Positions 28,203-37,949 of a DNA stretch of 64,000 nucleotides are shown piece by piece (position 1 is the stretch's first letter; every line of letters begins with the position of its first letter). Below the pieces are notes generated by a model, which saw only the letters and a program-made list of their open reading frames with translations, had not been told where the DNA came from and searched no databases. The position numbers and the translations under genes were made by a program. This DNA comes from Thermoplasmata archaeon (GTDB taxonomy: Archaea; Thermoplasmatota; Thermoplasmata; Thermoplasmatales; GCA-001856825): contig JAJYUZ010000003.1 in NCBI GenBank assembly GCA_021792255.1, forward strand, positions 32,001-96,000. Reading direction: 5' to 3'.

Positions 28203-28940
28203 CTAAAAGGAACGTATCTTCTTCACGATCGTTGCAATTATTTCCTCTATATCACCGGGCGCAACCTCGTTGGTCGCTTCTATGACTGTCTCCTTTTGAT
28301 CCTTGCAGGGAGACTCAGTAATAGAATCCTTAGAGAATAGCTGTACGTACTGAGCAAATGACGTAATTGAGACTTCAACGGTTCTTACAGTGATCGGATT
28401 AGGGGAGTAACCCTTCAACAGGGTGGAAGTTTGCTTATCGTAATCGGTGACCTGTTGCGGGTCATACCTGATGCAAAACGAAGCTGCCTTTTCGAGAGTC
28501 ACGCCGAAAAGGGCACTATTGGAAGGAGGGGATTTGACGCTGAAGCCACCTTCCACCATGCTCCACGATTCTCCAGGATCAAGCGTGAAGAGAAAGGCGA
28601 TTATCCGTTGACCCTGACCGAAATCCACGATCCCCAGAGGCACAATGTTTCTATCAGTTCCCCTGTTCATCGACGGGGCAAGTTTCGTAGCCCAGGTAGT
28701 TACTCCGTTTTCAAGGTATATGGGGAAGTAGGCGTTTCCAAAATAATACCCCGATCTATATAGGGCTGCAGTCTCCGGATAGGCTGAGTTGTTCTTGAAA
28801 TTCCAGACCACATTTCCAAGCAATTTATTGTACCAAGACCAGTTGCCCGTGATGCTGGTGGAAATGCTTTCTACTTCACTACCCAGGCTAAGCTCATTAT
28901 GTCTCGATATTGGAGGGAGCGAACCACTTATTATTGACAT
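28203..28940 (-). CDS. hypothetical protein (beta-rich)
   Basis: 245-aa ORF rich in aromatic residues and Ser/Thr; no family recognised. Confidence 0.65.
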   Translation of the reverse strand: MSIISGSLPPISRHNELSLGSEVESISTSITGNWSWYNKLLGNVVWNFKNNSAYPETAALYRSGYYFGNAYFPIYLENGVTTWATKLAPSMNRGTDRNIVPLGIVDFGQGQRIIAFLFTLDPGESWSMVEGGFSVKSPPSNSALFGVTLEKAASFCIRYDPQQVTDYDKQTSTLLKGYSPNPITVRTVEVSITSFAQYVQLFSKDSITESPCKDQKETVIEATNEVAPGDIEEIIATIVKKIRSF

Positions 28941-29025
28941 CTATTTGGACAGCTTAACTGTGATAATCTCTTAAGGCTTTTGTGAACGTCGTCATGTTTT
29001 TAGGAAGAAGTGAAAGCTTGGGAGG

Positions 29026-29541
29026 CTATTTGACCTTGTAGTACATATGAACTGAATCGAAGTACACGTTTCCTCTCTTGATCGCGCCAGGCAGCATGCC
29101 GTACTCGACGAATCCCAATCTTCTGTAGAGGTTCATTGCAACGGAATTGACGGAGAACACTTCCAGTTTTAGCATCTCAAATTTTCCTCTTGAGAGCTCA
29201 ATTACCTTCTGTATCATTCTGAACCCTAGCCCTCTACCCCTGTATTCCTTTTTTATTGTGATACCAAGCACAGCAGCGTGAGATATTTCGCTCCCGGGCC
29301 TGAGTCTGTGGGCATCGCAGAGTCCGACAATCTTTCCATCCTCTTCTGCAACTACTGCTAGAGCGTTTCCCTCTTTTACTCTCCTGTAAAGGGCTGAGAA
29401 CCACTCGACTTCTGACTCGTAATCTGGTTTTTTCTGATAGAATATTATTCCAAAGTCAGGAGCTTCTTTGAGTTCATCATAGAACGAGTAATAATTCTCC
29501 ACAAGGTCATCCATATCGGTCCACTGCAACTCTCTAATCAT
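29026..29541 (-). CDS. GNAT family N-acetyltransferase
   Basis: EYRGRGLG, N..A..LY.RLGF. Confidence 0.9.
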   Translation of the reverse strand: MIRELQWTDMDDLVENYYSFYDELKEAPDFGIIFYQKKPDYESEVEWFSALYRRVKEGNALAVVAEEDGKIVGLCDAHRLRPGSEISHAAVLGITIKKEYRGRGLGFRMIQKVIELSRGKFEMLKLEVFSVNSVAMNLYRRLGFVEYGMLPGAIKRGNVYFDSVHMYYKVK

Positions 29542-29616
29542 GCTCTGAATGATAGTCGATTCGTATTAAATTTTTTCATGAGCATAGTCTCGCTCCTATC
29601 TTGCGTTCGTATCAGC

Positions 29617-30171
29617 TCAGAGACTGACTAGAAATTCGCTCGTAGTTATAATCGGCATCATTTTTGAAAGATTTTTCAGGCTTCTTTCATGAGCTTCGCG
29701 GTCCCTAGATGATACTGCATCCTGAATTATCACCGGGATAAATCCAAGGTTCTGAGCGTGCCTCGCAGAGGTCTCCACTCCCATCTCAGTCGCAATTCCA
29801 GTGAAATAGAGGGTGTTGATTCCAGAGTTTCTAATCATCAGTTCAAAATTAGTGCCGATGAAGATGCTCGCTGTGTTCTTGTTTAAGACTATGTCCGATT
29901 TTTGAGGATATACTTCCTTCACGATATCTCCGGGCTCAAAACTACTGAATCCAGCAGCTTTTCTTAAAGGAGATTCGTACTTTTCCGGAAGTGGCGTTAT
30001 CTTGGAAAAGAAAATTGGAACGTTTGACTCCCTTGACTTCGCAATGATTTTTACTAAATTAGACAGGAACTCGTCCTTGTTGAAAATCGAGGAAACCAGA
30101 ACTTCTTGTACGTCCCAAACGATCAGTGCACTCTTCTCTCTTTTAATCTGACTATGCAAATTTTGAAACAC
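29617..30171 (-). CDS. isochorismatase-family hydrolase (YecD-like)
   Basis: ALIVWDVQ, K...S.F.GT, GIATEMGVETSAR. Confidence 0.85.
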   Translation of the reverse strand: MFQNLHSQIKREKSALIVWDVQEVLVSSIFNKDEFLSNLVKIIAKSRESNVPIFFSKITPLPEKYESPLRKAAGFSSFEPGDIVKEVYPQKSDIVLNKNTASIFIGTNFELMIRNSGINTLYFTGIATEMGVETSARHAQNLGFIPVIIQDAVSSRDREAHERSLKNLSKMMPIITTSEFLVSL

Positions 30172-30308
30172 TTTTTACGGATTGGAATCTCGACCATATA
30201 ATTTTTGATGCACTGTAAATGAGATCAAATCACGAGTGATTGATGTGCATAATTCATCAGTTCAAGAAATCGACAAAATATCTTTTATATGGACCGAATT
30301 CACAACCA

Positions 30309-31193
30309 ATGAAAACGCATCAGATTGATGTGAAGAAAGGAGGAAGGGTTCGCCCTGACTCTACAAAGATCTCAAGATCGAATCTAGTGGAGAGTATATG
30401 CGACTTCATCCGCTCTAATCCATCCGGAGACTTGTCACTTCACAGTCTCGAGTCAAAATTCAAAGTGAATAGATTCACAATTCAGAAGACCTTCAAAGAA
30501 ATTATGGGAATTTCTCCAAGAAAGTACGCAGAAGAATGCAGGATCTTGTTATTGAAAAGGAATCTCAAAGCCGAACAGCCTATCCCAAAGGCGATATATC
30601 AAGCGGGATACAATTCACACAGTTGGCTGTATGAAAAGTCCACATCCAAACTGGGCATGGCTCCATCGAGTTACAGAAGAGGAGGGGAAGGGGCGACTAT
30701 AAAGTACTTGACTTCAAAGTGCAGACTGGGTTACCTCTTAGTAGCTGAGACGAGACACGGTATTTGCTCGTTGAGCTTGGCAGATAAGAAAGAGGCACTT
30801 GTTTTGGCCCTCAGCGAAGAGTACCCGAATGCGACAATCGAGCGCTCTGAAAGCGTCAGTAAGAGTCTCAAAGCAGTTCTAGATTATTTTGACGGACAGT
30901 TGCTGAATCTCCCAGTCGACATAGTAGGAACAGATTTTCAAAAGAGAGTCTGGTCATCCCTGTTAAAGATTCCGTACGGTGAAACTAGGTCTTATCATCA
31001 GGTCGCTGAGATGATCGGCGAGCCCAGCGCGGTTCGAGCAGTAGCAAATGCGTGCGCGTCTAATCCTGTTCCATTGATAATCCCTTGTCACAGGGTAGTG
31101 CGGAAGGACGGTTCACTGGGTGGTTATGGCCTCGGAATCCAGAGAAAAGAATATCTTATCTATATGGAAAAGTCGAATTCAGAGGTAAGATAG
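30309..31193 (+). CDS. Ada-like AraC-HTH / methylated-DNA-protein-cysteine methyltransferase fusion
   Basis: AraC-like HTH (FKEIMGISPRKY, LGMAPSSYR), GTDFQKRVW, IPYGETRSY and PCHRV active site. Confidence 0.88.
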   Translation: MKTHQIDVKKGGRVRPDSTKISRSNLVESICDFIRSNPSGDLSLHSLESKFKVNRFTIQKTFKEIMGISPRKYAEECRILLLKRNLKAEQPIPKAIYQAGYNSHSWLYEKSTSKLGMAPSSYRRGGEGATIKYLTSKCRLGYLLVAETRHGICSLSLADKKEALVLALSEEYPNATIERSESVSKSLKAVLDYFDGQLLNLPVDIVGTDFQKRVWSSLLKIPYGETRSYHQVAEMIGEPSAVRAVANACASNPVPLIIPCHRVVRKDGSLGGYGLGIQRKEYLIYMEKSNSEVR

Positions 31194-31194
31194 A

Positions 31195-32169
31195 GTGGGC
31201 GGAGTAAATTCTGATCGAGCTCAAAAACAGGACAGAGAGGGAATGGTAAAAAGATCAAGGGTTGTCAAGATAATTGAAGTCTATGGCGTTCTAGTGACCC
31301 TCAGCTTGATTTGGGGACTGGCATTTGTAGCAATCAAGATACTTGAACCGATGATCAGTCCAGTCAACCTGACACTGCTCAGATGGTTTGTCGCCGGGGC
31401 AGCTTTCTTGATCCTGCTTCCGATCTTTGGAAGATCCAAAGTTCCTGTCGAGAAAGGGGATCTTCCGCGACTGTTGATAGTGTCGTTCGCCAATGTCGTT
31501 GCATATCATTTGACACTCAACTATTCAGAGGGGAGCATTGACGTTGGTCTAGCAACTCTGCTCGTCGCAATGGGACCAATTTTTATTGTTGCTATATCCG
31601 CTTTACTGCTTAGAGAAAGGCATGGCAGAATGATTTATCTTGCCATCTTGCTCGCATTTGCAGGTGCCCTGATTCTCTTCTTTGGAACTGTCAAAACGGC
31701 AGGATCGAGTACAATCCCGGGAATATTGGAGGGCATAGGAACCGCACTTTCATACGCAGTTTTTGCAGTATTTTCCAAGCCATTGGTGCAGAAGTTTGGA
31801 GCAAGGGCATTTACGATCTGGGTCGGTTTGATTGGTACTGCAATGCTCCTTCCCTTATTATCGGGAAGCTTCGTTTCTCAGGTACTTAGGCTTCCTATGT
31901 CGGGATGGATCGCAATATTGTACCTGTCTCTTCTGAGTACCGTTTTGGGTTATATGCTGTTCTATACCATGATAGAAAAAGGAGGAGTCGCTAAGGTATC
32001 AATTCAACTTTATTTGATTCCAGTAGTGGGGGTCGCAGGTGGGGCCTTATTTTTGGGTGAATCTGTGACTGCATACACTATTTTGGGTGGCGCAGTTATG
32101 CTAATTGCTGTTGGATTGACTACCGTCAAATCAAAATTTCCTATGATCAAGAGGAAAGCTGCGGAATAG
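31195..32169 (+). CDS. DMT/EamA transporter
   Basis: Two EamA repeats and about 10 TM segments; start may be ATG 31243. Confidence 0.88.
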   Translation: MGGVNSDRAQKQDREGMVKRSRVVKIIEVYGVLVTLSLIWGLAFVAIKILEPMISPVNLTLLRWFVAGAAFLILLPIFGRSKVPVEKGDLPRLLIVSFANVVAYHLTLNYSEGSIDVGLATLLVAMGPIFIVAISALLLRERHGRMIYLAILLAFAGALILFFGTVKTAGSSTIPGILEGIGTALSYAVFAVFSKPLVQKFGARAFTIWVGLIGTAMLLPLLSGSFVSQVLRLPMSGWIAILYLSLLSTVLGYMLFYTMIEKGGVAKVSIQLYLIPVVGVAGGALFLGESVTAYTILGGAVMLIAVGLTTVKSKFPMIKRKAAE

Positions 32170-32196
32170 GTTATTGAAAAGATTGAATGGTTTTCG

Positions 32197-33399
32197 TCAC
32201 CTTATCTTCATTATCATTACAAAAACTGCGGAAACCAAGAGGGAAGATAGCATAAGAATTCCAGGAGCAATGAGGCCACCTGACATCGTATAAATTGTTC
32301 CGACCAAAAATGGCCCTATGATGCCTGCGGAGTAGAAGAAAATCACTGCAATACCAAACTCTGATCCGATGAATCTGGAAGAGACGATCTGAGGAGGGAT
32401 CGCGTTGAGCATCGTGGCCATCATGTAACTCCCGAAACCAATCAGAATACTTAGGACAATAAGCACACTTACGCCTTTCACGAACACGAACAGCATTAAC
32501 GATACACCGGTGATCAGAGCTGGATAGACAAAAACTGGTTTGCTCTTCCGGAGTTTGTATGCGAGAAAGCCCGCAGCTAAAGATCCAAATATACCCGCTA
32601 TTCCTATGAGTGAAGCAAGAGCGCTCGATAAAACTTCTGAGCTTATTGCCTTGCTGTTCATTAACCAAGCTACCCAATAAGTTGTGACAGACATAAAAGG
32701 AATGAATCCAAAAAACAGTGCAAAATCAAATTTCCAAGCGTCCTTGTTTTTTAATACTGTGTTGACAAAGCTGCTTTCTTGAGGAGACTGTGGAGACTCC
32801 GATAGCCTTATCTCGTCTCTTACCGGACCAGATTTTACGAGGAGACTAACAACACTGAGACAGACCAACGTTATTATGATTCCAGCAAAGACCGCTGCTC
32901 GCCATCCAGCTACGGAGACGATTTCTCCAGCAAGGACTTCTCCCCACGCGACTCCCATCGGCAAACAAGCGCTCCACAATCCCATAGGAATCATTCTCTC
33001 ATTTGGAACAAACCACTGAACCACCGAGGTAGCACCGACTATCCCCACGACAGTGCCTCCGAGTCCAATGACTAATCTATCGACCAAAACCATGGTAAAG
33101 TCCCTAGAGATGAACATCAGTATCCAGCCGAACAGAAGTAGGATTTGCCCCAATATCGCCGCCTTTTTTAGCCCCCATCTATCGGTAATCGCACCAGCAG
33201 GAAAGGCGAAGACCGCTGCCCCAATGAACATCGCAGTAGAAATCAAAGAAGCTCTCGTAACAGATACGCCGAACTGATTCGAAATCGGAACCAAAATGGG
33301 AGAAATTATCGCAAATGCGTATCCAAAACTTCCCATGTACCCAATGATCGCTGCTACCAGGACCACGTACTTGAATCTCGTTGAAGAACTGTCTATCAA
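32197..33399 (-). CDS. MFS transporter
   Basis: 12 TM segments; motif A GAITDRWGLK. Confidence 0.88.
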   Translation of the reverse strand: MIDSSSTRFKYVVLVAAIIGYMGSFGYAFAIISPILVPISNQFGVSVTRASLISTAMFIGAAVFAFPAGAITDRWGLKKAAILGQILLLFGWILMFISRDFTMVLVDRLVIGLGGTVVGIVGATSVVQWFVPNERMIPMGLWSACLPMGVAWGEVLAGEIVSVAGWRAAVFAGIIITLVCLSVVSLLVKSGPVRDEIRLSESPQSPQESSFVNTVLKNKDAWKFDFALFFGFIPFMSVTTYWVAWLMNSKAISSEVLSSALASLIGIAGIFGSLAAGFLAYKLRKSKPVFVYPALITGVSLMLFVFVKGVSVLIVLSILIGFGSYMMATMLNAIPPQIVSSRFIGSEFGIAVIFFYSAGIIGPFLVGTIYTMSGGLIAPGILMLSSLLVSAVFVMIMKIR

Positions 33400-33906
33400 C
33401 TAGCTCAAACCGCCTTCTAAGTATAAATCGAGATTGACAACACAGAATCCGTAAAGTCGTTGTTTCCAAATTTACTGTTTGCCCTAGTTTCACTCGTTAA
33501 AATCCAGTCGTATTCCAAACTGAGACCTCCTTGTCGGAATTTCTTGCCTGTTTTCAGTGCCTGTGCAATATTTGGACATATAAGCTATCAAGACATACTG
33601 AATGAGTATTTACAAAATTTGTTCAGAAATTAGGATTCATTTTGAAGAGAGAGTGAATGACTACTGTTATTTTGAACAATTAGTCTGTGATTTTGGAAGC
33701 TTAAAGACAGACAGATAAACTTTGTTGCTCATGTATCCTGAGATAGAGACTAGAGCTGGTCATTCCGAGTGGACGGTCAATGGGCAGGACTGTTCTATTC
33801 ATTAAGAACTAAAACTTCAGATTATCTTAAGAGATCGAAATTGACTCCAGCTCTTATTGCGTACCAGATAGGACCAAAGTAAAAAATGGAATCTCTCACT
33901 CGCGGG

Positions 33907-34980
33907 TCAAAGGATCACTTGATTGAAGAGAGGGCCCGTAACTGATCCTTCTTCATCATCGTAGGTAACTATACCATTGGACGTTATCTTGAATAACAAT
34001 GGAACTGGATTGTAGCTCCCGCCGTTCATTTTAATGATAGACAGCTTCCTAGTTTCAGAGTCTGATCCGTTGATTTCCAGTTTGAAGATACCTGATACGA
34101 GTGATTCCTCAATTCCGTACGCGCTTAAGTCACTCTTTCCAATACCGCTAGTTATGAGCGTGTAAGTCTGGGGAATTCCGAGGGCCTTAAAGAATTGAGC
34201 CAGAAAATCGTTGTCTCCGACAATCATCGGAGTAATAGGGTCTATCACAAGTCTAGTCGTTTCGTACTCTGCAACTAGCATTTTTATTTGACCAGTCAAC
34301 GTGCGTATGTAGTTGTTTACTGAGTTGTAGTCAGAAGATAGATTGTCCTTCATTTTCAGAATCCTGTCAGAGAGTTCGAGTACTTGAATAGTTCCCTCTT
34401 TGTAATAAGACCTAAACACGTTGGAGAAAGTTTCGACCTGAGAGATGAAATCCCTACCTGACTGATCTCCCAAGATTATGATTCCTTTTTCTCCACGTTT
34501 TGCACCTTCTATTAAAAATTGTGCACCGGTCACGGTCTTTCCAGATCCCGGTGGACCTGATATCATGTAAATGCTGCCTTTCCTTACCAGTCTACCTATG
34601 TTATCATCCAGTTTCTTTATGCCAAAAATACCCGACTCTTCTATTCCGCTGTCTGTTTTTACAACCGAAATATTGCAGACATTCGCGAGCTTTAGCTCTG
34701 TGCTGTTCAGCTGGTTGTCAACCAATATGGCCTTCATCTGTATGCCACAGTCTCGCGCGATGGCGTTGAACTCCATTATGTCACTAATCAGGTCTTCTGA
34801 TAGGTTTTGCAGTACTGCTACCTTGTTATGCTCATCCTCCCTAGATGTCAAAACGAGATCAAACTTATGCTGCAAGCCGGATTTTCCGGTTAGTTTCACG
34901 TTAGTCCCAAATGTAAAGTCTTCTCCAAAAGCCAATTCATGGGCTATCCTGAAGACATCTACCTGAGATCCAGATAACAT
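33907..34980 (-). CDS. KaiC-like ATPase with N-terminal restriction-endonuclease-like domain
   Basis: N-terminal GKSGLQHKFDLV; C-terminal GPPGSGKT, LVIDP, KM.G. Confidence 0.78.
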   Translation of the reverse strand: MLSGSQVDVFRIAHELAFGEDFTFGTNVKLTGKSGLQHKFDLVLTSREDEHNKVAVLQNLSEDLISDIMEFNAIARDCGIQMKAILVDNQLNSTELKLANVCNISVVKTDSGIEESGIFGIKKLDDNIGRLVRKGSIYMISGPPGSGKTVTGAQFLIEGAKRGEKGIIILGDQSGRDFISQVETFSNVFRSYYKEGTIQVLELSDRILKMKDNLSSDYNSVNNYIRTLTGQIKMLVAEYETTRLVIDPITPMIVGDNDFLAQFFKALGIPQTYTLITSGIGKSDLSAYGIEESLVSGIFKLEINGSDSETRKLSIIKMNGGSYNPVPLLFKITSNGIVTYDDEEGSVTGPLFNQVIL

Positions 34981-35277
34981 TTTTTCGTTATCCCTTTGGT
35001 GGGTTTAAATAATCTGTGTATTTAACTGTTCTTAGGTCGTATCCTGTTCTGAAAATGACCAGCTCAGACAAAATAAATCCTACTCTCAAGTTTCCCGAAG
35101 ATTGATGACGAAACTGTGATCCAGCCTTGACCCGCTATGGTGCAAATAGGTGCAGGAATGAAACCGCACTGGGAGAAATCTGTTGTTGACCTTAACGGTT
35201 TCTGACTGCATATCTCCGGCATAAGGTCAATCTCAAACTATAAGTAATATGATTCATCTCAGTTGGCATAGTCAAGT

Positions 35278-35979
35278 ATGCCCGACATAAAGAAGCTGTT
35301 TGAAAAAATAACACGGTATTCCGCCCTAGCGCTCGTGATTCTTCCTTGGATTGTTTTTCTATTGTGTTACTTGCTAAATCCCCAATGGGTGCTGACTCGA
35401 GATGCCCTCAGCAGTTTCGGCGATCCTTCCTTCTCCAAGTTTCCTTTTGTTTACAACGATGGATTGGGTGTCATTGCGATTGTCATCTGGATCATGTCTC
35501 TCGGAATTGTGGTAACTTCAGAGAATAAAATGCAGACCTTCGGTGGGGCCTTTTGGTTCGTGGCTGGATTTTTTCTAGCAATGGTTGGCATTTATCACAG
35601 CGGTACTTACCCACATGATTTCGTTTCCACATACTTCTTTGTTCAGGCGGCGCTTACCATTCTTGTAATGGGAATTGCTTCTTTCACTGCCCATGACTTT
35701 AGGGGTGCTCTCGTACCCATCTCTTTGGCCATCATCATGCCGCTTGGCGATATCTTAATCCCATTCCCATCCTCAGCCACTACAGAGATCTTTGAAATTG
35801 TGATCATCGACGCTTTTGTAATTTTCTCATTGCTTAACACATCTGGCACAGCTAGGATGACCAGAACAGACCGGAAACGTGCGAAGCCGCCATATCCTCG
35901 AATACAGTTAATAGTGGTAGGAGTGTTAGTGGCATTCTTCCTATTATTACTCGGTCTAATAGTCTACGCCGGTATATAG
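35278..35979 (+). CDS. DUF998-like membrane protein
   Basis: About 6-7 TM segments; NP.W....ALS..G, YN.GL, GT.PH.FVS. Confidence 0.72.
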   Translation: MPDIKKLFEKITRYSALALVILPWIVFLLCYLLNPQWVLTRDALSSFGDPSFSKFPFVYNDGLGVIAIVIWIMSLGIVVTSENKMQTFGGAFWFVAGFFLAMVGIYHSGTYPHDFVSTYFFVQAALTILVMGIASFTAHDFRGALVPISLAIIMPLGDILIPFPSSATTEIFEIVIIDAFVIFSLLNTSGTARMTRTDRKRAKPPYPRIQLIVVGVLVAFFLLLLGLIVYAGI

Positions 35980-36024
35980 AATGTTGAGATCAAGACGACC
36001 AGATTAACTCCTTTTTTCCGAACT

Positions 36025-36186
36025 ATGAAACTTCACCCGAGGGAAACTTTCAAAGAGGTAATAGAAAGACTCGACACAACGGCCAGCTATATTGTGCGAA
36101 ACCAACGGGAGGTCATAGAACACATCCGTGATAAGAATCCCAAATTCTTCAGGGAGGAAAAGATGTTCGAATCACCCCAACCCTGA
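36025..36186 (+). pseudogene. small ORF or remnant resembling an archaeal RHH antitoxin
   Basis: Hand translation MKLHPRETFKEVIERLDTT...; apparently lacks the N-terminal ribbon. Confidence 0.35.
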
Positions 36187-36197
36187 ACCTTTCCCGA

Positions 36198-36269
36198 TGG
36201 ACTGGCGGGGATTTGAACCCCGGGCCTCCTCCATGCCAAGGAGGCGATCTTCCACTGATCTACCAGCCC
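36198..36269 (-). tRNA. tRNA-Ala (GGC)
   Basis: GGGCTGG/CCAGTCC+A acceptor with G3:U70; anticodon arm CCTCC-TTGGCAT-GGAGG; T-loop TTCAAAT. Confidence 0.95.
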
Positions 36270-36351
36270 TTGTCGTTAACTTCACGCAAATATAAAATTA
36301 TTCCTAACTATGAGACCATATTAATTTATAGAAACCGATATTGTAGGCATA

Positions 36352-37248
36352 GTGGGGAACTTCGTCAGCAATTTCATTGTAATGACAAAACCCAGAGTGT
36401 GGATTTTTCTCTTGATAACAGGAATCGCCGGTGAAGTTTTTGCGCTCAGCATTCTTAGAAGCCTGAACGTGAATGGATTCATCTACGTCGCAGTGTACCT
36501 TACCCTCGGATTGATGGGGTCTGAGTCCTTATCCAACTATTTCGATTTATCCATAGACAGGAAGATGAAACGAACGATGAACAGAGCTCTTCCATCGGGC
36601 AAAATGAACCCGTCCGTTGCCCTCTATGGTGGCCTGATTTTGATCGCGATAACTCTCGTTATGGCGATATTTAGATCATTTTTGTCCTTTGCTTTTATGG
36701 CAACTGGCATCTTTGACTACACCATCATATATTCTCTCCTTTCCAAAAAGAGGACGCCCTTGAATATCATTCTGGGAGCTTACTCTGGAGGTGCTCCTTT
36801 GCTCGCGGGATTCTATGCATTCACTTCGACGTACAACGTTGTCGCGATCTTGATGTTCCTTACGATCTTCATATGGACTCCCCTCCACATATGGTCGCTC
36901 TCGATAAAATACAAAGAAGACTATGCGGCTGCGTCAGTCCCCATGCTGCCAGTAAACAGGACCACTAGGGAATCTATGAGAATACTATTCCCTATTGCGT
37001 TATTGGCAGTCGTAACAACTATCCTGACTGGATTCGAGCTGAGATTTTATTTCGCATTCAATGTCGGAATTATCGTCTTTGGGTTCTACTTAATTCTTGG
37101 TCTCTTGCTCTTCGTATCTTATCTCAGAGCTTTCATTGATCCTGAGAGACGGATTATGAAACTATTCGTTTCAACCAACATCTTCATTGGAATCTTTTTT
37201 GTCTTTGTTGCACTATTCTCGCTGCTGATTCCATTTATCGGGGTATGA
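36352..37248 (+). CDS. ctaB: protoheme IX farnesyltransferase (heme o synthase)
   Basis: TKPR, D..IDRKMKRTMNR.LP.G, KRTP.NI..G, WTP.H, Y..DY..A.VPMLP. Confidence 0.92.
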   Translation: MGNFVSNFIVMTKPRVWIFLLITGIAGEVFALSILRSLNVNGFIYVAVYLTLGLMGSESLSNYFDLSIDRKMKRTMNRALPSGKMNPSVALYGGLILIAITLVMAIFRSFLSFAFMATGIFDYTIIYSLLSKKRTPLNIILGAYSGGAPLLAGFYAFTSTYNVVAILMFLTIFIWTPLHIWSLSIKYKEDYAAASVPMLPVNRTTRESMRILFPIALLAVVTTILTGFELRFYFAFNVGIIVFGFYLILGLLLFVSYLRAFIDPERRIMKLFVSTNIFIGIFFVFVALFSLLIPFIGV

Positions 37249-37949
37249 AAATGAGAACCGTTCAGGTCTATCTAGAAGATTCTTATATCAAAGAACTCGA
37301 CGCAGAGGTCATTGCAGTAGGTGAAGGAGTGTTCTTGGACAGAACAATTTTCTATGCAACTTCCGGAGGACAACCCTGCGATGTGGGATCGATGGTGGGA
37401 AAAGGAACCTACACGGTAAAAGAGGTAATGAAAGAGGAAGACATAGTTCACAAGACGGAACCTCTTCCCTCGGTAGGCGAAAGAGTCAGACTCCGAATTG
37501 ACTGGGAGAGAAGATACAAACTTATGAGGCAACACACCGCAATTCATGTGGTTTCGTCAATTGCGATGAGGGAATTTGGAGCGATGATCACGGGGAACCA
37601 GATCTATGAAGAGTACTCAAGAATAGACTTTAACTTTAAGGATTGGAACAACGATATTTCACGTTCTCTTGAATCTAGAGTGAATACGGAACTCGGAAAG
37701 AACCAAGAGGTCACGGTGTCAACCATGAAAAGGGAGGAGATTCTGAAAATGGAAGGTGCACTGAAGGTGGATTTGAGACTGCTTCCCTCCACTGAAGTCC
37801 TCAGGGTAGTGAAGATCGGAGATGTCGATATCCAGCCGGATGGCGGTACTCACGTCAAGAACACATCAGAGATTGGAGAAATTGAGATATTCAAGATTGA
37901 AAACAAGGGGAAGAACAACAAGAGAGTGTATTTCCGGGCTCATAAATGA
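37245..37949 (+). CDS. alaXM: AlaX-M alanyl-tRNA editing protein
   Basis: [39 protein letters not shown]. Confidence 0.9.
   Translation: MKMRTVQVYLEDSYIKELDAEVIAVGEGVFLDRTIFYATSGGQPCDVGSMVGKGTYTVKEVMKEEDIVHKTEPLPSVGERVRLRIDWERRYKLMRQHTAIHVVSSIAMREFGAMITGNQIYEEYSRIDFNFKDWNNDISRSLESRVNTELGKNQEVTVSTMKREEILKMEGALKVDLRLLPSTEVLRVVKIGDVDIQPDGGTHVKNTSEIGEIEIFKIENKGKNNKRVYFRAHK

Noticed and set aside
29617-30171. Missing catalytic Cys in the isochorismatase-family protein
   Set aside because: Gly at this position occurs in the YecD-like subgroup, so it is not evidence of novelty or decay.
35089-35115. Hammerhead-like AGTTTC...TTGATGA-C-GAAACT
   Set aside because: The core starts UUGAUGA, stem II is absent and stem I is only 2 bp.
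35186-35230. 9-bp inverted repeat TTGACCTTA/TAAGGTCAA
   Set aside because: Single isolated repeat with no second copy, target-site duplication or transposase; cannot be called a MITE.
27349-36269. Possible integrated element between tRNA-His and tRNA-Ala
   Set aside because: No integrase, replication or viral genes, and no duplicated tRNA 3' end. The shared GGGATTTGAACCC is just the T-arm.
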